From NCBI GenBank assembly GCA_034226945.1, contig CP120453.1:1426001-1490000 (forward strand): a stretch of 64,000 nucleotides of DNA, in the 5' to 3' direction. The DNA is from Picochlorum sp. SENEW3. Lineage: Eukaryota. The translations under genes were made by a program, and so were the position numbers. Within the stretch, counting starts at the first letter, position 1. Each line of letters begins with the position of its first letter. This document shows, in pieces, positions 32,308 to 43,872 of the stretch. Under the pieces are notes generated by a model, which saw nothing but the letters and a program-made list of their open reading frames with translations, did no database searches and was not told where the DNA came from.

Positions 32308-34392
32308 ATGGCTACCATTTACATTGCCGGGCTACGATGCACACATGAAAAGCGGCCAAACTGGCACCATGTTGGGCCAATCGGTATGAGGCAAAGCCAG
32401 CCCTTCTGTTCTGACAGCAAAACCGCAATGTGCCAGAGAAGAGACTCAATTCGATGTCATTCATATGAAGATGAACCAGATTGGGATCAAGAGATGTCCA
32501 TTTTCAAGAAGAGGACCCTGCGGCCAAACCAGTTGGCATCGCTTCGCAAACTGGAGGAGGAAAAGGTCAAATCTGGCAAGGTACGGATGGTTCATTTGAT
32601 TTCTGATCGGAATCAAAACAGTCTGATGGGCAATCCTTTGTCGTAGGTGACGCTGGTTCAAGGCAAGATTGCAGTTATTGAGGGACTAGATAATGACTCT
32701 GAGAGTGGAACAGAGCTCCAATTTTCTAGTGGACCTTCTGGGTACGTCAATTCTGGTTTTTTTATTATATAAGGATATGTACCCGAGTCTGATCTTGGGA
32801 ATGTTTTCTATAGGGTATTGCTATGGAGAAGGGACGATAATGTCGTCTTTGGGCTTGTCCCAGAGGGTTCCAATGTGGTATCTGTTGGGGACCAGGTAGA
32901 TTGTCAGGTGACGGGGATTCTACAGGTAGCAGACGAAGAGGAAGGTCCCAGAACTAAAAGAGAGTATACATATGCTAAAGTCCCAGTTGGTGAGGAGCTT
33001 TTAGGACAGGTAGTGGACTTTAAAGGCTGCATTGTGGAAGACGGAAGTGATGCCCCTTGTGGGAATCCAATCGGAACAAGCATCATGTATCCATTGTTGA
33101 ATCCAACCCCGAATATGGAAGATAGAGAGTCGATTGATTCTCCTTTGACGACAGGTGTGAAGGCGATTGATATCATCACGCCGTTGGGGAAAGGGCAAGC
33201 GTTGCAGGTGTCTGGGGTAGAAGGTTCGGGGAAGACTCAACTTTGCATCCAAGCAATCATAGGGCAGAGAGATACTGGTGTGAGATGTGTTTATGCTGCT
33301 ATAGGATGCACCAAAGAGCAGTTTAACCAGACGCTGAAAGCGCTGAAGGAGTATGGGTGCATGGAATATACAACTGTTGTGGTAGCTACGGCTGATGCTG
33401 ACCTAGGTGAACAATATGCTGCAATATGTTATGCATGCAGTATCGCAGAGCGCTTCAGAGACGAAGGAAAAGATTCCCTCGTTGTATTAAATAGTATATC
33501 TGCCATGGTAAAGTTATGGGAATCGATCACGTATAGTATGGCAGCGTTGGGCTCTGTACAGATTGAAGCCAATGAGATGGAGGATTCTGATAGTGATCTT
33601 GTAGAGTACGAAGGAATGTTAGTATCTGTTGCTGCCGCCCAGAGAAGAAGATTCTTTGGTAGTCTGATTCAGCGTTGTGCGAGAATGCACAAGAGATTGA
33701 AGGGAGGCTCGATGACTGGGCTATTTGTTGTTCCAGGTTCTCCAGCCCTCGGAAGAAAGCCCCAGATGAAAGACAAGATTGCGGCATACAAGCATCTGAC
33801 CCCAGCCCAAAAAGAAAAACTGCTTCATGTCTTGGAGCAGCAAGGTGAAGCAGATAGTTCGATAGTGTCTGCTAATGATCTGAAGACGGAGGTCGTGGAA
33901 GAATTCATGTCAATGGCAGATGGACAGGTTGTGTTGGAGAATTCCAGAGATGAGGTTACTGGAGGACCTCGAGTTGACCCACGGCTATCCGTCTCTAGGA
34001 TAGGATCACGTGCTCACTCTCCAGCGATTTCTGATCTTGCATCGCTGGTGCGCTTTGAACTGGCTCAAGCAAATGATGCCCAGCGATTTGCAGCCAATGC
34101 AGCAAGTGATCCACTTGCCAGGAAAGCCCTGCAACGAGCGGATGCTGTGACTGCTGCATTGCCTCAGAGGGAAGGATCAATTTGCACACTAGAGCAGCAA
34201 GTCATTCAACTCTTAGCTATACATCAAGGACTCCTTGATAATGTACCTCTAGAGGACGTTACCTCAACCCTTGATGAAATCACAGATGATGTCACAAAGA
34301 GATGCCCTGTGGGTGTGGAGGAAATCAAAGCCACAAAAAAGTTATCGCAGGCCGCAAAAGCAGCTATTCTGGCAGCACTCACTACTCGATGA
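32308..34392 (+). CDS. Divergent F1 ATP synthase alpha-subunit-like protein, organelle-targeted, about 648 aa; introns 32581-32646 and 32742-32813
   Basis: VPVGEELLGQVVD, PLTTGVKAIDIITPLGKGQ, GVEGSGKT, CVYAAIG, AERFRDEGK, GGSMT, SMADGQ, LSVSRIG. Confidence 0.85.
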
Positions 34393-34456
34393 AGTCTACC
34401 AATGATTATAAATTAAATGAATACTCATGATGGATTGAAAAAATATGGTTCACATC

Positions 34457-37000
34457 TCATATCTTCCCATGGAACTGATACATCCCAGTTCCTGTTTTCA
34501 ACAAATCTCCCATCTCATTCAAGTACGTTATAAAGCCCCTTGTGTCCTCGATCGCCAGCTCAATACCATCGGCAATGGTGAATAAATCATTCACGGGTAT
34601 TTTTTTGCTATTTTGTTTCTGACAAAACCTCTGAATTGCTCGCATGTAGCGATCCCTCTCCTGCTGAAATCGACCACCAGTTCTCCCTCCTTTCCTGGAC
34701 TGGTTTGCATTGTCAAAGATAATTGTGTCTGGCCCATCACACAGTGATCCAGTTATCGTCTCCTCGATCACTTCAATCGCATCGAGGGCGTCATCTGCAG
34801 AGACCTGCTCTCTCAATTCAACCCTTGCTCTGGCCTCTGATATTCTAATGATACTTTCCAACAATCTATGTGTGACCGTTGGGGAGGAGACATCTCCTGC
34901 TGCCCTCTGTCGAATCTTGAGATAAAAATCTTTTATTATTTTCTTGGCCTCTTCAGATAGCTTAGGGTGGACGTACTGTCGAGCATAGGCCACCAATTTT
35001 TTCACCAGTTGTAGGGGTAGAACATCCTTCTTACCTACTCCCTTTCTCAGTCGAGCATGGAGGCTTTCCCGTGTAGCAGTCCTCTGCGAACCAGAATCTG
35101 ATCCGTTATCATATGACTGCGTAAATTTCTGCGACACTTCTGATGACAAACTGCCCTTCATGATGTGACCTGCCAATCTCTTGTCATTGTCCTCACTCGG
35201 CTTGTCCAACATTAAAAACACCAAATCAAACCTTGACAGCATGGCAGGGGATAATTTTAAATTCTGGGTCAGGGAAAGCCTTTTATTATAATGCCCTCCC
35301 ACAGGATTTGCCGCTGCAACGATGGTTGTCCTGGCAGGGAGAGAAGCAACCAGACCAGCCTTGGCAATGGACACCTCTTGCTGTTCGAGTGCACCAAGCA
35401 AGGCACTATGTTCTGAAGAAATCTTATCGAATTCATCCACACAGCAAACCCCTCGATCAGCTGTTACCAATGCACCGGCTTCAAGACTAAACTCTCCAGC
35501 AGTTTTACTTACACTCAGGGTGAGACCTGCTGCAGAGGCATTAGGACCACAGACATATACACCACGAGGGGCTGCATCAGAGACAGACTGGAGCAGTCTA
35601 CTCTTCCCCAGACCAGGGTCGCCGACTAACAAAACATGAATATCACCTCGAACACGAAATGTAGATCCTTTGGACTCGTCTGCATCCTCAAACCCATGAC
35701 GTCCTCCAAAGAGCGACAGTACCAATCCTGCCTTGATAGAGGCCAATCCAAAGATATCTGGGGCCAAGCTCCCCACCAAAACCTCCAGACTTCTCCCACG
35801 ACACCTAGAAACATATGCTTTGATAAAAGAGAGATCTTTGGCTGTAAACCCCGGCATTGCTCCAGGAAGGAATGATATATTTCGGGGAATTGCAACAAGC
35901 ATGCTTGCATCACTTTCACCATTGAAAGCATCTGCCCTCCTCAAAGACACCGCTTGAATATAAGGAAGAAAGAGTCGTGTTCGTTTCGGATCTGGACGAC
36001 TTCTTCCTCCTTGAGAATCGGATGGCGACACCTTCACAATCCCAGTAATTGATACCACATCCCCAGGGGAGCACGAGTCCACCAGATCCTGTATCAGCTC
36101 AATTTCCACCAGATTCGACGGAGCACCCGCTCCTGCGTCTTGCCCTCCCCCTTTATGATCCGATTGAAATGGTTGAACATGTATCTTTTGCCAATCGATG
36201 CATTTGGCCGATCTAGGATTTGCTTTCAAGTACCTGCTCTGACAATACCCAGTACCACACACAGACAGTGGAGTAAAGATCCCATCTTCAAATCTCATCG
36301 ACGTTGTATTCTTGCACCGCATACATACAAAGTCCATTGATATATACAATGCCTGAATAGGAGATATTTTGTTCACAGTGCCCCGAAGAGTCACCAACTT
36401 GCCCACCCTGTCAGCTTTTATCGAACCCACAGATTCAAATACACTCTTCTGGTGAGCTGGAGTATAATAATTAAAAAGCCGTATTTGAACAGAATCCAGC
36501 TTCTTATACCGTTCTTCATCAATATAAGACTTCAATATGTGATGAAACGCCACGCGAAGACACAAAATGGCATCTGATGGCGCATGCAGCATGGCCTCCT
36601 CCAAGTTTGGTACAGACAAAACAATGTCTTTCCAATCCAACGGAATGGCGATGGAAGATAAAGAAGATTTAGACTTGATCTTGACCAAATCAGAAACAAA
36701 TTTCTCTGATGAAGGTGCACGAAGAAACTCGATCAGAGACTGTATCAAATCACACCGCCTGTCATCTCCAGCAATTGTTTCCCGAGGCCAATACCTGTCC
36801 AGCAAACCTGAGAAAATCCGCTCAGATTCGCGTCGAGACCCATCGTCATCATCCCCATTGCTTTGCGAAATAGGGTCAGCATTCCCCTGATACTGTGGAG
36901 AGTTTTCTTGCTCGTGTACCTGTTGAGTATTTGAATTCTTGTTGCCCCTTCCAAAACGACCACGACCGCGATATCCACCCCGACGACCGCCTCGCCACAT
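34457..37000 (-). CDS. MCM8: MCM8-like DNA helicase
   Basis: C4 zinc finger, LLVGDPGLGKS, LEAGALV, VDEFDK, ALEQQEVSIAKAG, LSRFDL; ELIQDLVDSCSPGD and the C-terminal winged helix fit MCM8. Confidence 0.88.
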   Translation of the reverse strand: MWRGGRRGGYRGRGRFGRGNKNSNTQQVHEQENSPQYQGNADPISQSNGDDDDGSRRESERIFSGLLDRYWPRETIAGDDRRCDLIQSLIEFLRAPSSEKFVSDLVKIKSKSSLSSIAIPLDWKDIVLSVPNLEEAMLHAPSDAILCLRVAFHHILKSYIDEERYKKLDSVQIRLFNYYTPAHQKSVFESVGSIKADRVGKLVTLRGTVNKISPIQALYISMDFVCMRCKNTTSMRFEDGIFTPLSVCGTGYCQSRYLKANPRSAKCIDWQKIHVQPFQSDHKGGGQDAGAGAPSNLVEIELIQDLVDSCSPGDVVSITGIVKVSPSDSQGGRSRPDPKRTRLFLPYIQAVSLRRADAFNGESDASMLVAIPRNISFLPGAMPGFTAKDLSFIKAYVSRCRGRSLEVLVGSLAPDIFGLASIKAGLVLSLFGGRHGFEDADESKGSTFRVRGDIHVLLVGDPGLGKSRLLQSVSDAAPRGVYVCGPNASAAGLTLSVSKTAGEFSLEAGALVTADRGVCCVDEFDKISSEHSALLGALEQQEVSIAKAGLVASLPARTTIVAAANPVGGHYNKRLSLTQNLKLSPAMLSRFDLVFLMLDKPSEDNDKRLAGHIMKGSLSSEVSQKFTQSYDNGSDSGSQRTATRESLHARLRKGVGKKDVLPLQLVKKLVAYARQYVHPKLSEEAKKIIKDFYLKIRQRAAGDVSSPTVTHRLLESIIRISEARARVELREQVSADDALDAIEVIEETITGSLCDGPDTIIFDNANQSRKGGRTGGRFQQERDRYMRAIQRFCQKQNSKKIPVNDLFTIADGIELAIEDTRGFITYLNEMGDLLKTGTGMYQFHGKI

Positions 37001-37327
37001 TATTATTATTAAATATTTCAATCAACTATGGATGAACACATCGTAAGCACACTATTTGAATTCATTTCAGAACCGAACAGACAACCGAACGAACAAGGCA
37101 TTTCCTCCTCCCAAAACAGATACGACGATTCTTTGTATGCTGTTTCTTTCACACAACCAACCATAATTAATTTTTAAACAGCAAATTCTGTCTCCGTGTA
37201 TTCTATTGGATACAATTTCAACTGATATTCAAAACGCCGAATACGGAAATAAAAAATGATTACAAGGTCCCATACCTTCATCAGCACTTGCTGATCTCGA
37301 TAGTTGACATTGCTATGAAATTTATTC

Positions 37328-38077
37328 ATGGATGATTCCGATGTGACGGTGATCCGGGTGTTGTGCATTCATGGGTTTCGACAAACAGCTCTTCAGTTGA
37401 AAGGCAGGACAAGAGCTCTTGAGAAGAGGCTGCGACAATACGTTAGAGACCACAGCAATGGTCGGTATCGATGTGAACTAGTATTTGATGTGGAGGGTCC
37501 TCACGCATTGCCTCATATAGTGGCCAAAGACGGTGGAGACGTGGTTGGGTCCAAGCCAAGACGGGCATGGCTGGTTACCAAGGAGCAGTACAATCATATC
37601 GACGATGGTGCATGGGTGCACAACCCGAATCAGTTTTTAATGCAAACAGAAGGGTGGAGAGAGTCATTGGATGTGCTTGATGGGCATTTGGATCGGCATG
37701 GGCCTTTTGATTGTATATTGGGGTTTTCACAGGGTGCAGCAGTTGCAGGGTACCTTGCTGTGAGAGAAAGTGCTCGACCGTCGGTTCAGAGAAGGTTCAA
37801 GAGCGTGATCATCATATCAGGGTATGTATTGGCTATGCTGAAGGAACTCAAGGTTAAGAATGTACCCGCGATGCTGCCATCTCTGCACGTGTATGGGGGC
37901 GATGACAAGGACTGTCAGGTTCCAAAGGACTGTTCCCTCGAGCTTGCAGGGCACTTTGATGAGTCCACACGGAGTCTTCTCCAGACTGACTCGGGGCATT
38001 TGATTCCATCATCAAGGGAATATGTGGCAGAGATTGGTCATTTCTTATTACAACACTGTGCATCAATCTCAAACTAA
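37328..38077 (+). CDS. FSH1/OVCA2-family serine hydrolase
   Basis: LCIHGFRQ, GPFDCILGFSQGA, PSLHVYG..D, GHLIP. Confidence 0.9.
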   Translation: MDDSDVTVIRVLCIHGFRQTALQLKGRTRALEKRLRQYVRDHSNGRYRCELVFDVEGPHALPHIVAKDGGDVVGSKPRRAWLVTKEQYNHIDDGAWVHNPNQFLMQTEGWRESLDVLDGHLDRHGPFDCILGFSQGAAVAGYLAVRESARPSVQRRFKSVIIISGYVLAMLKELKVKNVPAMLPSLHVYGGDDKDCQVPKDCSLELAGHFDESTRSLLQTDSGHLIPSSREYVAEIGHFLLQHCASISN

Positions 38078-38832
38078 CGAGGCAAAAGTTTGAATGAATC
38101 TGCAATGGCTTTTAGAACTGGCTCACTGCTGTCCCACTTGTCCTCTGGACATCCGGCTCCTAAGATGAGAATTCTTCCTAAAATGACACCGGCTGCAATT
38201 TCTGACCGGACGCCGTTTTGCAGCTGAGCACTGTATCTATATATGACGATTGGGTCTCTATCAATCACTCCAACGACTGTCCCTGTATTCTTGGAAGGGA
38301 CTTCAAAGGTTCTCACAGACACTTGATTTATCTTTGTTCCTGGAGGTAGAATAACCTTTGATACCTCTTCAGCTGTTCCTAATTGACTAATGCTTGTTAT
38401 CTGAAAAAGAGTCTGCTTCAACTTTGATGCCTGTTGCTGAATAACACTCACACTGATGGTTCCATCTGGAGATTTGACCTCTCCTCTGACCACATTCTGC
38501 CTTCGACGGTCAGCCATGGAGTCTCCTCCCTCCAAATCTTCAATCAATGTCCATCCCCTGGGATATTCGAACAAGAAATCCCGTGCGATGAAGAGTTTGG
38601 GCTTGACAGGAACGACAGACGCTGCTGCTTCTGCTGCAAGTGGTATCGGATCCTCAGCCGCCCGAACAGATGCGGACATTATACCATTAAGTAGAGGAAT
38701 CAAAGTCATTGTATTGATAATGTCTCTTCTATGGGTGTCATACTGCTCGTGAATGTGTCGAACTGGCTTGGCACAAGGTGACATGGTTGAGCACAGATCA
38801 ACCCTGCGACTTTGTGGCTTGATGACATTCAT
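38074..38832 (-). CDS. PsbP-domain thylakoid lumen protein
   Basis: Twin-arginine RRD plus hydrophobic stretch and VRA cleavage site; FLFEYPRGW, SISQLGTAEEV, W..LKAIADSFKL. Confidence 0.8.
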   Translation of the reverse strand: MNVIKPQSRRVDLCSTMSPCAKPVRHIHEQYDTHRRDIINTMTLIPLLNGIMSASVRAAEDPIPLAAEAAASVVPVKPKLFIARDFLFEYPRGWTLIEDLEGGDSMADRRRQNVVRGEVKSPDGTISVSVIQQQASKLKQTLFQITSISQLGTAEEVSKVILPPGTKINQVSVRTFEVPSKNTGTVVGVIDRDPIVIYRYSAQLQNGVRSEIAAGVILGRILILGAGCPEDKWDSSEPVLKAIADSFKLLPR

Positions 38833-39387
38833 CGTTGAAATTTGGATTCGTAATAATAATTTTCCTTAAATTGGTTTGTTTCTAGTGCAATGGATGCCCG
38901 GGATCGGTTTGTCCGCTGCTTCATCCGGAAGGCTCATCCAGATGATGATTCATCTGGATGATGGACTGCCCCTGCAGCTGCATGCAGGGAACTGCTATTG
39001 GCATTCCTATTCAAAAAGCCATGGGCAAGGATGAGACAAATTAAGGATAACGGCAAATTTGCTGTATATATGCTGCATATATATATAAAGATGCATCTTT
39101 AAGATGATGTATTAAATACATCGATGTAACCATTTTAAAAAAATCGGGATTTTCTTTCTCTTACATCGGGGCACCCAGCATCGTCAATACATAAAGACAG
39201 GTATTGAATGGGGTCTGTGTCTTGCATCTGTTGCCTGTTTCCCCCTGACTGTATGTATCTGCGGCAGGCTGAAAATATTCCCATGACTTGCAACGAGATG
39301 TTTGAAAATCCTTGACTGCAGTGTCAATGGCAATGCCCGCTGACTGTCTATGGCACATTGAGCGAAAGGAGGAAATCTACTTCATTT

Positions 39388-40508
39388 TCATAGATCTGGG
39401 GTGGACGGATATGGTCGCTTTCTAGAACAATGTTCCTGGGGTGCATACACAGACTGAATGGATGGGCCCATGCTAGCACCTGGGTACAACTGGCCATTTG
39501 TCAAACCATGGTCTGTCAAGCGGGTGCGAGCAAATCGCTCATATGCTACAAGTCTCATACAAATTGAGTGGCGTGTATCAGATGCCATAATCAATCTCAC
39601 ATACTTATTAGCAGGATTAGCGTTGCGTAAATCAGACTCATCTGATTGCCACTGAGCAATGCATTCACGAGTATGCCTTTCTTGAAAGTCTACTCTAGTG
39701 TGCACTGATGCATTGTGAGCTATTACTTTCCTGTAACAAGATACATACATATATAGTGATTAGATGTGGTTAGTTGTAAGACGCATTCAGTTGACACATG
39801 TAGCAACATACTGATGAATTTTATGTCGAAATCTTGTCCGAGTGCATTGATCAAACCGTAAAACTCTCATGACAATGTCCATCATGGTGTACAAGTGTTT
39901 TGTCGGTGCACACTCGAAATCCTGAACGTTCTCCACATCCTTTTTAAAGTATATATTCGAATATGGAAACGTATCTTCAATGCAAAGTTGGATGATTGAA
40001 TCAAAAAGTTGGTCATCCTTCCTGGTGTTCTTGTGGTCCCTACGAGTACATGCTATTGTATTGGATCATAACATTATTAGTCCGATGATCATATTGATCT
40101 ATTTGTCCACCAAGCGCACCTGTCTTCGTTTTCTTCGCCAGTACATACACACGTAATACAGAGAATGTTATTCGGATACTCGAGACTGGGCAGCAGAGCC
40201 TGAAGAATCTGATCGCTACATAGCACAAGCCTTTTATATAATAGCATAATGTCACCCTTGTTGCTGCATCTAGGAAAGAAGAGTTGCTGAGCAACCGTTT
40301 GAAGGTGATCAATAACACCTTTCATATGATGATTCGTCCAAGCAATGAGGAAAGACTCATCCTTCTCTTCCTGTGGTGAAAAGGAAAGCCTAGTATCTTG
40401 AAGATTATTGGCACAAGACACTTGAAACACCAATTTAAAATGCTCATTAATTGTCATCCCAACGTTATCTATGTCGCTAGATGCGTCTTTGTCCTGGCGA
40501 GAGGACAT
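39388..40508 (-). CDS. Hypothetical orphan protein, about 319 aa; exons 40508-40120, 40039-39812, 39730-39388
   Basis: Two phase-2 GT-AG introns join three open frames; no recognisable domain. Confidence 0.55.
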
Positions 40509-40912
40509 GTTGATTTCTCAGATTTGCAATCTTGTTTCGAAAACACCCTATATGTACTCTATAGCACAATGAATCACCCAATCTAATAGGGTTTTTTAAA
40601 ATGGACACAATGCATGAACCAAATACTGATGAAAGGCAGGTACCCAAAGACAGCATCGCAGGGATGTGTAAAAAGAAACATTAAAAATTTTCAGAGGCGC
40701 CTCTTTCCAGCTGGCCTGCAGGCCAGATGAGGCTCACCCAGATACTCATCTGGTATTTATTCATCTCAAAAAGCCATACGCATGGGTAAGAATGCTTTTA
40801 ATTCAAATAAAGATGTTTTTCCTGTCACCAAATACATCCAAGGATAGGTAATAGGCGAGCATTGCACCTCTTTCGTGTCGTATTAGCATTGATTTCAAAT
40901 ACTCCATTCGCT

Positions 40913-41986
40913 ATGGCGCACTGTAATGGTGCAAGGGGCAGTAAAATGACTGCTGCAGAGCTCAATACGTATACCCAAAGCTTTGCTTCCACTTCTGCTG
41001 CTGAGAGCAGCGCTCACATGGCTGATTCCTGGAGGGTCAAAGGAAATGCTCAGTTCAAAGAAGAGCAGTACGGAAATGCTCTCGAATGCTATAATCAGAG
41101 TATCGAATGTCATCCTACCGTATCAGCGCTTGCTAATAGAGCAATGGTTCATCTAAAGCTTGGGATGCATGAGGAATGTATTGACGATAGTAGCAGAGCG
41201 TTGGCGTTGGATAGTCATCATGTCAAGTCGTATCTTCGAAGGGCGACTGCCAGGCGTCGATTGGGTAGATGGGTGGAGGCGGTGGAGGATTTTGAACAAG
41301 CTATTAGAAGAGAGACTAGTAATACAGAGGCAATAGAAGGTAGAAGAGCCTGTATTGCAGAGTATGTTGAGAGGACTGGGGCACAGTTTGAGAGCGTTCA
41401 AGTTCCCATCACATTTGAGGACATGAAGGTGGATGAGACGTCTTTGATACGACCTATTCAAGTTCAACAGTGTACCGACAGTACAACTGCGGCTACGACG
41501 GCCGACCAGCAGACAAGGCCTGTGATTGATCACCAGGAGGTGCCGAAAAGGACTGGGCCAGTTGGTGTTACAGAACGTGCTGCCATGGACATGATCATGC
41601 CGGCTCAAAAGGTTCCGAAGAATAGTATTGAATTTGAAAAGTCTTGGAGAAGCTGTAAAGGTGATTCTGTCAAGCAGGCGTGGATTTTGGAGCATGTATC
41701 AAAGGAGGCAATGCCTGTTTTACTAAAGCAATGCCTGTCCCCTAAAATGTTGCATCAGGTCTTGCTTACAGTTCTTTGTCGCGTTCTGAAAAGTGATTGG
41801 AAGCAAGGTATTGGTATATTACGTTCGATACCATCAACGGATAGGTTTCAAATGAATTGCATGAGTCTGAGCAAGGCGCAAAAACGAGAGATTACGACTT
41901 CCTGGGAGACGGCATTCCAGTCTGAGCATGCAATTGATGACGCCATACAGCAACAATATCGATCAGTGTTACTAGAAAATTTATGA
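40913..41986 (+). CDS. TPR co-chaperone with RPAP3-like C-terminal domain
   Basis: KGNAQFK..NRAMVHLKLG..KSYLRRA TPR repeats; PKNSIEFEKSWR..DRFQMNCMSLSK. Confidence 0.85.
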   Translation: MAHCNGARGSKMTAAELNTYTQSFASTSAAESSAHMADSWRVKGNAQFKEEQYGNALECYNQSIECHPTVSALANRAMVHLKLGMHEECIDDSSRALALDSHHVKSYLRRATARRRLGRWVEAVEDFEQAIRRETSNTEAIEGRRACIAEYVERTGAQFESVQVPITFEDMKVDETSLIRPIQVQQCTDSTTAATTADQQTRPVIDHQEVPKRTGPVGVTERAAMDMIMPAQKVPKNSIEFEKSWRSCKGDSVKQAWILEHVSKEAMPVLLKQCLSPKMLHQVLLTVLCRVLKSDWKQGIGILRSIPSTDRFQMNCMSLSKAQKREITTSWETAFQSEHAIDDAIQQQYRSVLLENL

Positions 41987-42018
41987 TGAAATCAATGTAT
42001 GGTAAAGAAGAATGTTTT

Positions 42019-43533
42019 TTACTCGATTCGCAAAAGTAACTTGTTCTTCTTTCCAGCAGCAAGAAGAATAAATGTGTCATCTATAATATCTTGCTCTGAC
42101 ATGGGGTACAATTCATCATCAACCCTCTCATTATTTATCCTAACTCCCCCTCCTTTAATCATCCTTCTCACTGCTGCTTTACTAGGTTGCATACCAACTT
42201 GAACCATGATATCTGGCAGGGGTTTTCCAATCACATCTGCCCTAGAAATGGATGCTGTTGGGCAATCCCCAGCAGCTGCTTCTAATGCCTCTGCACTCAG
42301 TTTTGTCTCAGAACCAGGAGCCAAAGCCTCGGTTGCGCTCAATGCCTGTCGTAGCCCTTCTTCGCCATGCACAAAGCGAGTCACATTCTCTGCCAAGATT
42401 CTTTGCGCTGTATTCGGTTTGTAATCTGGCTGTGACATTGACGTCTCAATCTCTTCAATCTCTTCCATTGGCAAAAATGTCAACATTTTCAGAAATTTGA
42501 CCACATCATTGTCCGTTGTTTTGAGCAAGTATTGATAAAAGTTGTACGGCGAAAGCATTGACGCGGACAGGAAAAGTGCTCCAGACTCTGACTTTCCAAA
42601 TTTGGTTCCATCAGCTTTCAACAACAATGGAAATGTCAAGCCAAAGCATGATGCTGCATCATTATCGTCATCACCATCCTCACTGCCGCACATTTTACGA
42701 GCAAGTTCTGTACCCGCAGTAATATTTCCCCACTGATCACTTCCTCCCACTTGGACTTTGATCCCCATATTCTTGGACAAGTGAACAAAGTCATATCCCT
42801 GCAGCAACTGATATGTAAACTCTGTATATGAAATCCCACTCTCAGACTCCATCCTCTTCTTCACACTCTCTTTGGAGATCATGGTACCCACTCGAGCCAC
42901 TTTTCCAATCTCTCTGAGGAAATGCAGCAGACCCATGTCCCCAAACCAATCCAAATTATTCACTACCACAGGCGTTGCAAGTCCCTCCTCAGGAGGCTCC
43001 AACAGCGCCCTCAAAGTCTTTTCAATTCCCTTTACATTCCTCTCGATGGTGTCTTCATCCATCACAGGACGTTCTGCTGACTTCCCAGATGGATCACCAA
43101 TCCTCCCTGTTGCACCACCCAGCAAAGCAACGGGTGTGTGCCCACACCGCTGAAACCACGAAAGCACAATAATACCCAGCAGATTCCCCAAATGCAGACT
43201 CTCAGCAGTAGGATCAAACCCACAGTACACCATCAATGATTCTTTTGAAGACACCTGCTCCAAATCAGGGCTCGTGATGTCCTGCAATAAACCACGCTGC
43301 CGCAGCGTCTCCACAACGTTCATTTTGGTATACAGGGCATCCTTCTCTTGCACAGATGCATTTTCCACCGCACTGGCACATCTCTTCTGGAATACCCCTG
43401 CCCTATGGGATACAACGTGTCTCCTGGAAATTCCACACAATCGCCGTGCTTGCAGTCCAGAGGGACCAGACATGCAGCCATGTCTGGTCGATAGACAAGA
43501 ATACAGTCTACCAATGCTGCATTTCATCGCCAT
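42019..43533 (-). CDS. Organellar tyrosyl-tRNA synthetase (bacterial type)
   Basis: YCGFDPTAESLHLGN, YQLLQGYDF, GGSDQWGNI, KFGKS, C-terminal S4-like domain; targeting peptide. Confidence 0.96.
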   Translation of the reverse strand: MAMKCSIGRLYSCLSTRHGCMSGPSGLQARRLCGISRRHVVSHRAGVFQKRCASAVENASVQEKDALYTKMNVVETLRQRGLLQDITSPDLEQVSSKESLMVYCGFDPTAESLHLGNLLGIIVLSWFQRCGHTPVALLGGATGRIGDPSGKSAERPVMDEDTIERNVKGIEKTLRALLEPPEEGLATPVVVNNLDWFGDMGLLHFLREIGKVARVGTMISKESVKKRMESESGISYTEFTYQLLQGYDFVHLSKNMGIKVQVGGSDQWGNITAGTELARKMCGSEDGDDDNDAASCFGLTFPLLLKADGTKFGKSESGALFLSASMLSPYNFYQYLLKTTDNDVVKFLKMLTFLPMEEIEEIETSMSQPDYKPNTAQRILAENVTRFVHGEEGLRQALSATEALAPGSETKLSAEALEAAAGDCPTASISRADVIGKPLPDIMVQVGMQPSKAAVRRMIKGGGVRINNERVDDELYPMSEQDIIDDTFILLAAGKKNKLLLRIE

Positions 43534-43872
43534 GGTGCTATGGCCCTACGTAAATATATCAAGAGGAATTCTAGTACATCTAAGACACTCGGGGCCATCA
43601 ATGTGTGATGATCAGCAGCATCATCATCCCTCGATCAGTATTACAGACCAGCACTACTACAGCAGATGCATGGATTATCCACTCTTCGACACAGAGATTG
43701 CCTCATACCACCATCAGATCCTCTTTATTTTAATACTAGTCGAATATTTAATGGCATGACACAGGGTATAGTACCAGTATGTACTGAATAGAACGAGACT
43801 CTGGTGTTCAGGCACAGCCCTAAAAAAGACGTTGGCTGTAGTGGCAGTAGCCAAGGCTATATGTAACCCACG

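Noticed and set aside
38881..38960. CTAG plus nearby hairpin as a possible Helitron 3' end
   Set aside because: Insertion context is not A/T as expected, and no matching 5' end or RepHel ORF is present
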